A stretch of 64,000 nt of DNA from Escherichia phage Ptacy1496, in sequence record PQ863253.1. One strand, 5' to 3'. This document shows positions 20,031-32,556 of this stretch, in pieces; position 1 is the stretch's first letter, and each line of letters starts with the position of its first letter. The notes beneath the pieces are model-generated. The model saw only the letters and a program-made list of their open reading frames with translations. It made no database searches and was not told where the DNA came from. Position numbers and translations under genes: made by a program.

Positions 20031-21490
20031 AAACCAGTTACCTCATGAAAATCACCAAATACATCCTCGAATGTATTAGCTTTAGTTTTATCTTCACGTA
20101 AACGAATCGCAATCGGAAGAAATAATTTAACGTAATCAGTGCGGCCGTCAGATTTTAACCAACCGTTGCATTCGCACTCTAGAATTTTTCCAATATAATA
20201 ATTTTGGTTTTCCATAATGCGAGTACGGTCAAGTTCATGCGATTTTACACCGGCTTTATCTTTTAAGCCTGAACCAGCATTTACCTTAATTTTTCCACAC
20301 TCTGATTCAAGAATAAATCCACCCGCTTTAGTAGGGTCTTTACGGTGAGGATAAATTCCTACAATTTTTAAATCAACATCAATTACTTCTTTAAATTTAT
20401 AGAGATTTTTTGAACGAGCATTTTCCCACAATCCATCGGTATTTTTGAGAATAATACCTTCAAGACCTTGGTCAATATACTTTTTATAAATTACCTTAGC
20501 TTCATCTAGGTTATTTACTACCTGGTTTTCAATTAAAATTACTTTATCATAACCTGATGTCATTTGTTCTAGTTTAGAAAAACGTACATCATATTTCAAA
20601 CGAAATGCAGGAAGACCGTATATTTCTACCAACGGGACATAATCCCAGACCTGAAACTTCATGCATTGAGCTTCTTTTTCAGAAATGGTTCCCTTTAAAG
20701 ATTTATTGGCGATGCCATTAGATGCAGTACGTGATTCAGCTACTTCGGCGAATTCTTTAGCTTTACTAATTTCAGGATAAGCATCAAAAAGAAAATCTAG
20801 GCCTTCTGGCTCCTTTTCAACTTGCTCATGGTATACCAATTCGCCATCAATTAACACACCTTCTGGATGAATCTGGCGAGCTTCTGCAGTCATTTTGATT
20901 AACTCTTCCTTAAGAAGATCTAATCCTAGATATTCATTACCAGCTCGTGATAAAAGACGAACATCATCTAATTCATCACCTCTGACTTCAGCAAAACACC
21001 GAGCTCCATCAGCTTTTAACTGGGCAAAGGCTGGAAATTTGATATTCTTATTAATGCCTTTTTCATCATAAGAACTTGCAAGCATTTGAGGTTGTTCAGG
21101 AATTAAACCTGGCCAAACTTTGTTTGCAATAGATACTGAAGCACCGCATTCAAGGTCTCGCATCATCACCCGACGCAAAACTTCAACATCATCTTTTTTA
21201 CCGTCAGTAATATATCCAGTTAATTCCTCAATTGCCGCATTTCCAGTCAATTTCCGAGTAGCTAACGTGAATTCAATGAAGTCAAGCATATCGGTAAGAG
21301 TCAACATTCCAAAACTCTGGGTAGCAATACCCGGTTTAGGCCATTTCTTGATATAATACTGTAACCCACGAGAATAAGTCAGACGATATACTCGTTTAAG
21401 CAATTCATTATCTTTATTCTTTTCAAGAATTGCTTGCTTCTGCTTAGTTGAACCAATAGATGCTATTTCGTTCAGAATTTTAAGAATCAT
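20027..21490 (-). CDS. 30: ATP-dependent DNA ligase
   Basis: 487 aa; recognised as T4 DNA ligase. Confidence 0.95.
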   Translation of the reverse strand: MILKILNEIASIGSTKQKQAILEKNKDNELLKRVYRLTYSRGLQYYIKKWPKPGIATQSFGMLTLTDMLDFIEFTLATRKLTGNAAIEELTGYITDGKKDDVEVLRRVMMRDLECGASVSIANKVWPGLIPEQPQMLASSYDEKGINKNIKFPAFAQLKADGARCFAEVRGDELDDVRLLSRAGNEYLGLDLLKEELIKMTAEARQIHPEGVLIDGELVYHEQVEKEPEGLDFLFDAYPEISKAKEFAEVAESRTASNGIANKSLKGTISEKEAQCMKFQVWDYVPLVEIYGLPAFRLKYDVRFSKLEQMTSGYDKVILIENQVVNNLDEAKVIYKKYIDQGLEGIILKNTDGLWENARSKNLYKFKEVIDVDLKIVGIYPHRKDPTKAGGFILESECGKIKVNAGSGLKDKAGVKSHELDRTRIMENQNYYIGKILECECNGWLKSDGRTDYVKLFLPIAIRLREDKTKANTFEDVFGDFHEVTGL

Positions 21491-21756
21491 TGTTCATCCT
21501 TTAGAGTTTGGTTTACAGCTCTATTATAAATCAATTCATCATTAAGCTCAGTCAAAGACCTGTGGTACGTGGTTCTAACTTTATTTCCTTGCATCCAGTG
21601 CTTGACATAAATGAAACCTTGCTCTACACATTTTTTAAAAATTCGTTCGTCTTTTTGAGCTCGGAATTCTGGATTGCATCTAAAAAATTGATTTACGTGA
21701 CCGTAATCACGTGTAGTATTACCTTCATTTTCATAAATAGTATGAACAACAAACAT
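21487..21756 (-). CDS. Hypothetical protein (30.1 position)
   Basis: 89 aa ORF with 4 nt overlaps to neighbours. Confidence 0.6.
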   Translation of the reverse strand: MFVVHTIYENEGNTTRDYGHVNQFFRCNPEFRAQKDERIFKKCVEQGFIYVKHWMQGNKVRTTYHRSLTELNDELIYNRAVNQTLKDEQ

Positions 21757-22595
21757 TAGAATGCTCCTTGGAAAATATTATCACCACTAGTAGGTCTATT
21801 ATACAAATACTCTATGCCACCAGGTTTAATATAGTTCCATGTCTGAAACGGATGTGTCTGATATGGATGATATAGATGATTATAAGGATTAAATCCAGGA
21901 GTTCTCCAGGTAGTGTTCCAAGGAAAAGAATCGTTTTTGATCATCTTCTCAATTACATCTTTTATAGCTTTTTCACTATCAAAACTTTCTTTATTTTCCT
22001 TTGGTGAAAAAAGCTTATTTTCTACATCATTCCATGTATAAACTCGCTGTGCAGTTTTTGGAATATTGTCACGCTCTCCTCGAGCCATCCAATAAACAGG
22101 AACATTTAATATTTCACTCGCGTGATCGCAGTGGTGAGCGAGATCGTCAATATAACAAATTACGTTATATTTCTCTTTTGCCTTTTTGAACAACTCTTCT
22201 TTTGAAGAATCATGACCACACATCAATACTTCTGAGAAGGCACCAGGAAAAAGAGCATTCAAATTAAATTGACGATTCAGCAGAGCGTCAATAGAATCAC
22301 CCAATGCTGTAACAGCTACAAAATTATAATCTTCTTTTAATTTGTTAATTACACACAGGGCATCTTTATATGGAGACAAGTAACGAATAAAATCTGAACG
22401 ATTGTATTTTTCAATTAACTTGACGCCAAGTTCTTCATCACAATTAAAGAGTTTACCAGGAGAAATAAATTTCTCATCTTGGATCATTTTTAAAATATGT
22501 TCTAACGGAAGATTATATTTCTGAGCAAAATAAGGAAGGCCTGATTGCCAGCTTAAACATACTCCATCAATATCAGTTAAAATAGTAGGCTTCAT
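21756..22595 (-). CDS. HAD-superfamily hydrolase-like protein (30.2 position)
   Basis: 279 aa; N-terminal LTDIDGV motif typical of HAD phosphatases. Confidence 0.65.
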   Translation of the reverse strand: MKPTILTDIDGVCLSWQSGLPYFAQKYNLPLEHILKMIQDEKFISPGKLFNCDEELGVKLIEKYNRSDFIRYLSPYKDALCVINKLKEDYNFVAVTALGDSIDALLNRQFNLNALFPGAFSEVLMCGHDSSKEELFKKAKEKYNVICYIDDLAHHCDHASEILNVPVYWMARGERDNIPKTAQRVYTWNDVENKLFSPKENKESFDSEKAIKDVIEKMIKNDSFPWNTTWRTPGFNPYNHLYHPYQTHPFQTWNYIKPGGIEYLYNRPTSGDNIFQGAF

Positions 22596-23056
22596 AGAGA
22601 GTCTCTTAATAGGTTTAACACATCAATAAATTCAGCTTCGGTTAATATTGTATCATCTTTTGTTAGACCACTAGCCATGCTGTGCTTCAAAACTTTTCCT
22701 TTCGAGGCGTGTAATGCATCACGAAAGCCCTTGTTTTGGATCGCTGCTTCAAAATATGCATTTGTGTATAATTCTTTCCATGCTGGGGAGTATCTTGAAA
22801 ACGGAACTCCAAGCCAGAAGAGGGTCCCACGGTCCTGAGCTCTAGCATAAGACCTTCCAGCTTGTTGGGCGGCAAGCCCGGATAACCCAAATATACGACG
22901 TTGTTGTTCAGCATTTTTCACCTTGCATCCTTGGAGGAATCCTTCAAGACCTCCGAATTGAATACCATCCATGACGAAAGGCCATTGGGCGAAATTACTT
23001 AATGCACACGATGGCCATCTAAAATTGCTTCTAATCTCTAACTCAGACATTTTCAA
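22592..23056 (-). CDS. NADAR/YbiA-like protein (30.3 position), putative ADP-ribose processing
   Basis: 154 aa; family assignment from memory of T4 30.3, not from a search. Confidence 0.55.
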   Translation of the reverse strand: MKMSELEIRSNFRWPSCALSNFAQWPFVMDGIQFGGLEGFLQGCKVKNAEQQRRIFGLSGLAAQQAGRSYARAQDRGTLFWLGVPFSRYSPAWKELYTNAYFEAAIQNKGFRDALHASKGKVLKHSMASGLTKDDTILTEAEFIDVLNLLRDSL

Positions 23057-23249
23057 TACTTATAATTTCAACATCAGCCCAATGACCATAGCAAGGAAGA
23101 CGAAATTCAACTGGCCAGTTAGGGTCCTTTTCTAATATAATAGACTTAACTTGTGGTTCTTCATGTTCATCAGTATATGGATTTTTATCTGTTACTTTAT
23201 ATGTGACCTTAATGTACTGAATTCCAAAAATCTTATTAATTATATTCAT
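23043..23249 (-). CDS. Hypothetical protein, 68 aa
   Basis: ORF in tight operon packing. Confidence 0.5.
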   Translation of the reverse strand: MNIINKIFGIQYIKVTYKVTDKNPYTDEHEEPQVKSIILEKDPNWPVEFRLPCYGHWADVEIISIENV

Positions 23250-23443
23250 ACTAATTCCTTTAATCCGTAAATAGGAGATAATTCATCACCCATACGAAGG
23301 TCTTCATTTCCATCTACCCAGGAAACAATATAAGCCTCTTTTATTTGAACACCACTCCATTTAAATGGAGGTAGAACCTTAGAAATTAATCCAGGTATAC
23401 CAACTCCCTTTAATTCAACAGTTTGACCTAAAAAGAATTTCAT
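23246..23443 (-). CDS. Hypothetical protein, 65 aa
   Basis: ORF in tight operon packing. Confidence 0.5.
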   Translation of the reverse strand: MKFFLGQTVELKGVGIPGLISKVLPPFKWSGVQIKEAYIVSWVDGNEDLRMGDELSPIYGLKELV

Positions 23444-23730
23444 CAGAACCTCATCTGAAAGCCGTGTGATTTAACATTACCGCCGCCAATATCAGAAATA
23501 TTAATTTCACGCGCAATTGAAGGGTCAATGTCAATTTCACGATTAAGTTTAGCGATAGCTAAAGTATCACGCCCATTTACTGTACGGAATTCTAAAGGAC
23601 AAACCACATCAACATAATTTTTAATCGATTCACTGGTAGGTTGCAAATGAGCAGGAAGGTCTTTAGGCGCCTTAGAGAAAACAACTTCACAGAAATTTTT
23701 GCGGGTATCAAAATAAGTAGTCATAAACAT
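23443..23730 (-). CDS. Hypothetical protein, about 95 aa
   Basis: Start placed at ATG 23730 with GAGG RBS; ORF track extends upstream through a GGGGC-UUCG-GCCCC hairpin. Confidence 0.5.
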   Translation of the reverse strand: MFMTTYFDTRKNFCEVVFSKAPKDLPAHLQPTSESIKNYVDVVCPLEFRTVNGRDTLAIAKLNREIDIDPSIAREINISDIGGGNVKSHGFQMRF

Positions 23731-23770
23731 AGTATTTTCCTCAGTAAGGGGCCGAAGCCCCTGTTTTATT

Positions 23771-24136
23771 TTAAATATCAAATTCGTTAAGAACTACATC
23801 AAAGATTGCTTCAAGATGCTCAGGTTTAGCTCTGTTACTCAAAATATGACGAATCCAAGTTTTAACCAGAAGCTTACGATTAGCGCCATTCCAGCAAGGA
23901 TGGGTCCCTAAATCGCGTTGACGAAAATCATCATCCAGAGCGATTTTGAAGTTTGAACCTTCCATTGTGATTGAAACCGTGATGCCATTTTCAAATCGCA
24001 TATAAACGTAGTTAGGAGTCATATACTGTTCAATTTCGCATACTGATCCATTTTGATGTTTCCAAAGGCAAATAGTATCAATAGAACCTGCAATACCATT
24101 AGAAACATATTTACGTTCAAAGTTGATGTAGTTCAT
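23771..24136 (-). CDS. Hypothetical protein, 121 aa
   Basis: ORF. Confidence 0.55.
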   Translation of the reverse strand: MNYINFERKYVSNGIAGSIDTICLWKHQNGSVCEIEQYMTPNYVYMRFENGITVSITMEGSNFKIALDDDFRQRDLGTHPCWNGANRKLLVKTWIRHILSNRAKPEHLEAIFDVVLNEFDI

Positions 24137-24204
24137 TTTTATTCTCCAAGATGTTTAATTGCGGTACAGGTATATAATATCATATCCTGTACCAAAGTAA
24201 ACAA

Positions 24205-24537
24205 TTATTTTACTACTTTCCAATGCTGCATGTCAAGTTTACCAACTTTTTTCATCTTCTCAATTAAGCGTTCGGCACGTTGGCGAGCTGTAACATAATA
24301 CCATTCACCTAATTCATTTTGTTCAATTTTTCCAACGATTACTGTATTCAATTCATAAATCCAACCAGTAAAGAAATTATGAACTTGAATTGTAAAGGTG
24401 AAATCTGTTCCCATACCTTCTGTTGTTTCTACTTCAATAATATCACCTTCAACTGCCATTAAGAACCACATAGTTTCATCATATTTACCATTGAAGCATT
24501 TAGTTTTAACTGCAGCGTTCAGATTAATCGTTTTCAT
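24205..24537 (-). CDS. Hypothetical protein, 110 aa
   Basis: ORF with AAGGAG RBS, downstream of early promoter at 24565-24594. Confidence 0.6.
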   Translation of the reverse strand: MKTINLNAAVKTKCFNGKYDETMWFLMAVEGDIIEVETTEGMGTDFTFTIQVHNFFTGWIYELNTVIVGKIEQNELGEWYYVTARQRAERLIEKMKKVGKLDMQHWKVVK

Positions 24538-24564
24538 TTTATTCTCCTTTGTTTGTGTAAGATA

Positions 24565-24594
24565 ATACTATCACAAAGGAACCATACTGTAAAC
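24565..24594 (-). promoter_or_regulatory. Early promoter (-35 GTTTACA, -10 TAGTAT) directly downstream of terminator hairpin
   Basis: Motifs with 17 nt spacing on minus strand. Confidence 0.5.
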
Positions 24595-24614
24595 AACTTT
24601 ATGCAATCTTTGGA

Positions 24615-24642
24615 AAATAAAAAAGGACTCCCGAAGGAGTCC
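24615..24642 (-). terminator. Terminator GGACUCC-UUCG-GGAGUCC plus U-run
   Basis: 7 bp stem, UUCG loop, UUUUUUAUUUU on minus strand. Confidence 0.7.
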
Positions 24643-24647
24643 TCAAC

Positions 24648-24824
24648 TTATGCTTTCTGCTTACCAAAACGAGAAGCATCATCTCGAAGAACCGCACGTG
24701 CTCGGCGCATGATCTTCTCAACAGTTTGATTGATACGAGAGTTCGACCCACGCTTGTAGCCAGCGCGTTTAGAATCACCAACTTTCTTTTCAACTGCTTT
24801 CTTTGCTTTAGCTTGTTTTGCCAT
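24648..24824 (-). CDS. Small basic protein (30.9 position)
   Basis: Lys/Arg-rich ORF; start placed at MAKQAKAKK; an upstream in-frame ATG exists. Confidence 0.5.
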   Translation of the reverse strand: MAKQAKAKKAVEKKVGDSKRAGYKRGSNSRINQTVEKIMRRARAVLRDDASRFGKQKA

Positions 24825-25068
24825 TATAAATTCTCTTTTAAATGAAAATGCAGGACTTATTGGCATTGCCTGCGCAAGCCCTCAAGGGGAACATAGGTTT
24901 TTGGATATTTAACGACCAGGATAACCATAAACCCGTCATCATTCACATTCAAGAGGTACACCGTAAAACTGCCGGGGTCTTAAAACTATAATGATTCGCA
25001 AATCATTAATCAGACAGTTCGACGGCTCCTCGATTTAGCTCACACTAAGGCAGTGAATCTCCAATAAA

Positions 25069-25317
25069 TTACTTCAATGTTACCACAAAGTGACGAACTG
25101 CTTTTCGCGCAGCAGAAGCCAAAGGCTTAGCATATTTAAGTTCATCTTTTTCCTGAAGCTCAGCAGCTAATGCAGTTTGAGCAGGATTCAGATGTTTGAA
25201 ATAACGCAGGATTTCAAGAGCTTCGGCTTCAACATCAATAGATGCGCCATAGTTTTCGTGACCATTATTCCATGCGTTTCGTTGCAGTTCAAGAGCGTGT
25301 TGTAATTGTTTAATCAT
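25069..25317 (-). CDS. rIII: Lysis inhibition accessory protein RIII
   Basis: 82 aa; recognised as T4 rIII. Confidence 0.9.
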   Translation of the reverse strand: MIKQLQHALELQRNAWNNGHENYGASIDVEAEALEILRYFKHLNPAQTALAAELQEKDELKYAKPLASAARKAVRHFVVTLK

Positions 25318-25464
25318 TTAAAAATTCTCGTTAGAGATTAAAACTCGGTAGTCACGTTCTTCTGAATTTCATCTTCTTTCGACAGATCTCTCAGTTGTAG
25401 ACTACCACATAGAATTGTTCGGTTAACTTATTATTCCGACACCCAATTCATATTATTATTTATA

Positions 25465-25800
25465 TCACTTATAAAGACACGGAATAGCTTTATAGTGACA
25501 AGTAACGAATTTTTGTTTAATTTCTTTTGGCTGCTTAAGACCCAGAGCTACAAAAGGATGCGGAACATTTCGAATTTGACCAACTGGAAGAGAAGTCAAA
25601 TCACCAACTTCGCAGAAACCTTCAGGAACATCAGGACCGACAGAGTGAACTACACACAGTTCAGGAACTTCACCTTGAACACGTTTACCGATAATAAGTC
25701 CTGATTCTGTAACTTCTTCATCACCGGCTTGTGCAGGTTCAGAAACTAAAATAACATATTCACCGACAGCACGAATTGGTAGCTGTTGTACTTCAGACAT
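25465..25800 (-). CDS. 31: Co-chaperonin gp31 (GroES analogue)
   Basis: 111 aa; recognised as T4 gp31. Confidence 0.93.
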
Positions 25801-25856
25801 CGTTTTTCCTTTTTGTTAACAGATGAATTAATAATAACAAATAATTCTTAAAGCAT

Positions 25857-26165
25857 TTATTTACCAATAAATTGGAGCAAATGCTCAACTTTCATACCAT
25901 TAACGGAAATCAATTTGTCAATAGAAAAACCTCGCCATGCACCAAGTTCAACATCAAATACTGGAATCATGTCAGTAGATTCTTTCCGAGTAGATTCAGT
26001 CAATTTACCAGTTTGCATGGTTGGCATAAAGTCTGCATCACGAGTACCTTTCATAGTACGAATAGTACCATCAGACTTTTCAAAAACTACGTTTGAAACA
26101 CCCATGGACAATTTGGTTTTCAAAATTTCGCGAATTGCTACTTTCTGCTCAGTTGTCAGTTTCAT
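25857..26165 (-). CDS. Hypothetical protein (31.1 position)
   Basis: 102 aa ORF. Confidence 0.6.
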   Translation of the reverse strand: MKLTTEQKVAIREILKTKLSMGVSNVVFEKSDGTIRTMKGTRDADFMPTMQTGKLTESTRKESTDMIPVFDVELGAWRGFSIDKLISVNGMKVEHLLQFIGK

Positions 26166-26402
26166 TTATTTACCTATTACAGTTTTAATATGAGTTGTTC
26201 CACGTTCTTTAAGGGTGGAAAGTAATTTTTGGCATTTTTCTAAATCAGATTTCCAACTATATGGTCTATCAATACTAGTCCAATCAGTTTTATAATACTG
26301 TTTCCATTTAGAGAAAAAATATTTCTTATACTCTACAGCAAACGAGATGTTCTCGTTAGAATAAGAACTAATTGCTGTAAGCTTTACCAAACGAAATTTC
26401 AT
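26166..26402 (-). CDS. Hypothetical protein (31.2 position)
   Basis: 78 aa ORF. Confidence 0.55.
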   Translation of the reverse strand: MKFRLVKLTAISSYSNENISFAVEYKKYFFSKWKQYYKTDWTSIDRPYSWKSDLEKCQKLLSTLKERGTTHIKTVIGK

Positions 26403-26983
26403 TATTCACCACAGAATTCGTTGATATTTTCCCAGTTTAACTTATTCAAGTTTTTCTTAGGAACATTAAACACTTCAATACCTGCATTTCGCAGAATATC
26501 ATCCCAGCCAGGTTTATTTTTATCGTATGTTTCACAATAAACCAACTTTTTAATTCCAGATTGAGCTATTGCTTTTGCACAATCTGGGCAAGGAGAAAGT
26601 GTTACATACATAGTAGCACCTTCAATTGAAGAACCATTTCGTGCAGCAAACAAAATCGCATTTAGTTCAGCATGAATTTCATTTTTAGACGACCATTCAG
26701 AGTGAGCGCTACGATGTTCTTTCGCCAATACAAAACGATCAGTTGAACCAAATGATACACATTCGGGTTTATGACCTTGGATAATAGTATGTTTAGGTTT
26801 ATTCAGCAACCAACCTTGCTCGGCAGCATAATCACAGCAGTTCACACCACCAGCAGGTGAACCATTATATCCGGTAGAAATAATACGTCCATTCTTTTCA
26901 ATTACTGCTCCTACCTTCCAGGAGCAACATTTTGATTCTTGTGATACTAAATATGCAATTTGAAGTACTGTACTCGCTTTCAT
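26402..26983 (-). CDS. cd: dCMP deaminase
   Basis: 193 aa; zinc-binding cytidine/deoxycytidylate deaminase motifs (HAE ... PCxxC). Confidence 0.93.
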   Translation of the reverse strand: MKASTVLQIAYLVSQESKCCSWKVGAVIEKNGRIISTGYNGSPAGGVNCCDYAAEQGWLLNKPKHTIIQGHKPECVSFGSTDRFVLAKEHRSAHSEWSSKNEIHAELNAILFAARNGSSIEGATMYVTLSPCPDCAKAIAQSGIKKLVYCETYDKNKPGWDDILRNAGIEVFNVPKKNLNKLNWENINEFCGE

Positions 26984-27318
26984 TTCATAATCACCAGATA
27001 AGCAGATTTAGCAGTTTCAACACGATAAATTTCATGACGAAGTTTAGTTATACTTTTAATAACAGAACTAATTATATTCTGCCCATCTTTAAAGCGGTTT
27101 TTCTTGTCAATAAAAATTGCGCCAACCATCTTTTTGTGAAGCTCAACTGGATACTTCGTCACAATAATAGCATCATATACAGAAGGATGAATACTATTTA
27201 CTAGAGTGTCATTCATTAAAGTTATTCTAATGAACTGTGCTGTTTCAGAGTCAAGCGCTCTATGATCGCCAGTATCATTTTCAAGACAATTATCAATTAT
27301 ATCAGTTAAATTCATCAT
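26980..27318 (-). CDS. Hypothetical protein (cd.1 position)
   Basis: 112 aa ORF. Confidence 0.55.
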   Translation of the reverse strand: MMNLTDIIDNCLENDTGDHRALDSETAQFIRITLMNDTLVNSIHPSVYDAIIVTKYPVELHKKMVGAIFIDKKNRFKDGQNIISSVIKSITKLRHEIYRVETAKSAYLVIMK

Positions 27319-27650
27319 AGTACGCCATACACCCTTTGTGCTTCAACTAATCCATCAAAATCCAGTTTAAGATGCGATATTTGATCGCCATCACCTGGAT
27401 TCACAATTACTAATACTGAACGAGGAGTTTCGGTAATAACACGAACCGATGTTTCAGGAAATCGTTCAGAAACCTTATTTACCAATTCCTGAGCAAATAG
27501 TTTAACTTTTTCTTGGAATTCTTTAACAGTAATTGATTTTTCACTTAGCAGCATTTTGTTTTCCTCATTTGTTTGGTAGAGCCATAATATCACAACTCTA
27601 CCGTAAAGTAAACTATTAAATCGCTTTGAATTCCGCAGTTTGAGATTCAA
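27315..27650 (-). CDS. Hypothetical protein (cd.2 position)
   Basis: 111 aa ORF. Confidence 0.55.
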   Translation of the reverse strand: MNLKLRNSKRFNSLLYGRVVILWLYQTNEENKMLLSEKSITVKEFQEKVKLFAQELVNKVSERFPETSVRVITETPRSVLVIVNPGDGDQISHLKLDFDGLVEAQRVYGVL

Positions 27651-27891
27651 AGCGAATGTCGCCTTTGATAACTAACTCAACATCAAGACCGAATACGACA
27701 ATGATATGCGCGGAACCTGGATACAGCGTAATGGCAACAGAATCCACCTGGTCTGGAAGCAAAGTGTTCAATACATGAGTCACTTGAGCATGGATTCGAA
27801 GTTCAGATGCGTTATCAAGCTTTTCAAACATATTATTAGCGATAATTTGACTAAACACTACTTCTACGATTTTAGAATAAGTCGGAAACAT
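27616..27891 (-). CDS. Hypothetical protein (cd.3 position)
   Basis: 91 aa ORF. Confidence 0.5.
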   Translation of the reverse strand: MFPTYSKIVEVVFSQIIANNMFEKLDNASELRIHAQVTHVLNTLLPDQVDSVAITLYPGSAHIIVVFGLDVELVIKGDIRFESQTAEFKAI

Positions 27892-27893
27892 AT

Positions 27894-28094
27894 TTACCTC
27901 ACATAATTTTCTTCAAGCCAATCAATAACATCCAACGCATTATCAAAAGTTGAACCATCTACTTTGTCTTCTGTTTCATAATCAAGAACATCTAAACCTA
28001 CTCTTCCATTAACAATAGGCCATAAACAAAACAGGTATTTCTTTTCTTTTTCAATTTTATCGCAAAGATGATAAATTTTTTCTATGTTATTCAT
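27894..28094 (-). CDS. Hypothetical protein (cd.4 position)
   Basis: 66 aa ORF. Confidence 0.5.
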   Translation of the reverse strand: MNNIEKIYHLCDKIEKEKKYLFCLWPIVNGRVGLDVLDYETEDKVDGSTFDNALDVIDWLEENYVR

Positions 28095-28283
28095 AAGTTT
28101 TCCATGGTAAAGGCAGTTTAGTTTTCTTTACTGTTAGTTCAACATCAGGATTCTTTTCTCTTAATTTAAGGCATTCCTCCCAAGCTCTGATTTCACTAGT
28201 GAATACACAAAATTGCCCATTACTAGTACCGACTAAACCACTATTTACAATAATAATAGCCCAAGTTTCATGATGCCACGCCA

Positions 28284-28284
<1 letters not shown>
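28087..28284 (-). CDS. Hypothetical protein (cd.5 position)
   Basis: 65 aa ORF. Confidence 0.5.
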
Positions 28285-29509
<1,225 letters not shown>

Positions 29510-29743
29510 TTATTTTTTCTCAACTAATGATTGAATATAATCATGCAGATCTTTAGATGCTTTGCCCCACTTATTTTGGTATTCATTTTTAAGATTAGCA
29601 CGTGATTGAGCCAATAAAACATCATTAGTTGGAGGTAAAGATTCTAATCGCTGAATCTGGCGTCCATAAATCATTGCAGCCATCTCGGATTCATAAATCA
29701 ATCCTTTAAGATGTTCAAATTGATGCCATGAAATCATTTGCAT
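29510..29743 (-). CDS. Hypothetical protein, 77 aa
   Basis: ORF. Confidence 0.5.
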   Translation of the reverse strand: MQMISWHQFEHLKGLIYESEMAAMIYGRQIQRLESLPPTNDVLLAQSRANLKNEYQNKWGKASKDLHDYIQSLVEKK

Positions 29744-30033
29744 TTATCCTCTTTTAACTCTTGACGATAATAACATATCATAGTTTTCTGGTCATGTACA
29801 TATCGTTTTACATCATTAAGCCAAATACGGAATTCCTGAGAATCTTCAAATGGCATACCGACCCAAGCTTTACCATCGATAACTTTAACTTGCCAAGATA
29901 GTTTAGCTTCGTCATATGACTTTATTTGTACAGGCCAATTAGGATGAACTGTTTCTTTCTTTACTTCTAGAGGCTTTGTCGAACAACCAACTAGAAGACC
30001 AATAGATAATATTACTGCTGATAGTTTAATCAT
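29734..30033 (-). CDS. Outer-membrane spanin subunit (lipoprotein; pseT.2 position)
   Basis: Signal peptide with lipobox LLVGC near N-terminus; follows the i-spanin. Confidence 0.7.
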   Translation of the reverse strand: MIKLSAVILSIGLLVGCSTKPLEVKKETVHPNWPVQIKSYDEAKLSWQVKVIDGKAWVGMPFEDSQEFRIWLNDVKRYVHDQKTMICYYRQELKEDKCK

Positions 30034-30383
30034 TTAGAAAGGTCCTGGATGTCTTCTGCGAACTTGTTGAAGGAGTTGTTGATTTGTTTTTCAACCAATC
30101 CTGGCTTATGAGCCACCACATCCGCCTTCTTTGCGTCTTTGCGCAGTTTTTCATTTTCACGCTCAATAGCAGCAATTGCCTCACGATTTTTATTATTCAT
30201 CGCATCAATATAATTATACTGAATTCGCAAATTATTTAATGCTAAGGCGTTTTCATTGGCCGTTTTTGTAATTTCAGTAACTGATGTTTCTAATCTTTCT
30301 ACCTTATTTTTTAAAATTAAAGAAGTTCCGCCCAATGCAATTACAATTAATAACAAGCCTGCTGTAAAATTACTTACATGCAT
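30030..30383 (-). CDS. Inner-membrane spanin subunit (pseT.3 position)
   Basis: N-terminal TM helix followed by coiled-coil-like periplasmic region; adjacent to lipoprotein partner. Confidence 0.7.
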   Translation of the reverse strand: MHVSNFTAGLLLIVIALGGTSLILKNKVERLETSVTEITKTANENALALNNLRIQYNYIDAMNNKNREAIAAIERENEKLRKDAKKADVVAHKPGLVEKQINNSFNKFAEDIQDLSK

Positions 30384-30880
30384 AAAGTTTTAATAACCTC
30401 TATAATATCGTCTTGAGAAAGACCGTTAATTAAAATATGATGTTCAGCTGGAGATTTAGAAATTTTAAAGCATGCCTCAACATCTTCTGCCATATCCGAT
30501 GCACTACGATTTGGATTACTAATCCCAAGGCGATGTTTTCCCGTCAAAGGATTAACGATGATATAGCATTTGCAGCTATTGATATGAACATTGGGTTGAG
30601 TCTGATTAATGAACACATCGCAATCATATTTCGCAAGCTGATTTTCTAAAAAGACTTTCATCTCCTCAACCGCATCAGGAAGCATATCACGGGCTTGCTC
30701 AAGACGACGATTTCGATATTCTTTAATGGTCGTTTTCCGCTTGACTTGCTTAGCTAAATCTTTCTTAAGATCGGTGATATATCCAACTCGACGGTTTCCT
30801 TTAAATACAGAAATCCCATCTGTAGTATCACCGTATGCTTCAACGACCATTTCAGTAGTAATGAGCTGCAAATCCATCAT
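30374..30880 (-). CDS. alc: Alc, inhibitor of host transcription on cytosine-containing DNA
   Basis: 168 aa; recognised as T4 alc by sequence and position. Confidence 0.85.
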   Translation of the reverse strand: MMDLQLITTEMVVEAYGDTTDGISVFKGNRRVGYITDLKKDLAKQVKRKTTIKEYRNRRLEQARDMLPDAVEEMKVFLENQLAKYDCDVFINQTQPNVHINSCKCYIIVNPLTGKHRLGISNPNRSASDMAEDVEACFKISKSPAEHHILINGLSQDDIIEVIKTLCM

Positions 30881-30885
30881 AAAGT

Positions 30886-30938
30886 CCTCATGTTATGTCA
30901 GTAAGACTACTGTAACACAACACGAGGGACTTGTAAAC
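30886..30938 (-). promoter_or_regulatory. Early promoter of alc (-35 GTTTACA, -10 TGTAGT-like); near-identical copy of 15628-15680
   Basis: 52 of 53 identical positions with the cassette upstream of the alt.-3-like ORF. Confidence 0.6.
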
Positions 30939-30941
30939 AGC

Positions 30942-32529
<1,588 letters not shown>

Positions 32530-32556
32530 AATAAAATGGGCCTTGCGGCCCACTCC

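Noticed and set aside
25457-25464. TATAAATA on minus strand overlapping the end of gene 31, considered as the rIII late promoter
   Set aside because: It is about 140 nt upstream of the rIII start, further than usual; left as uncertain rather than annotated.
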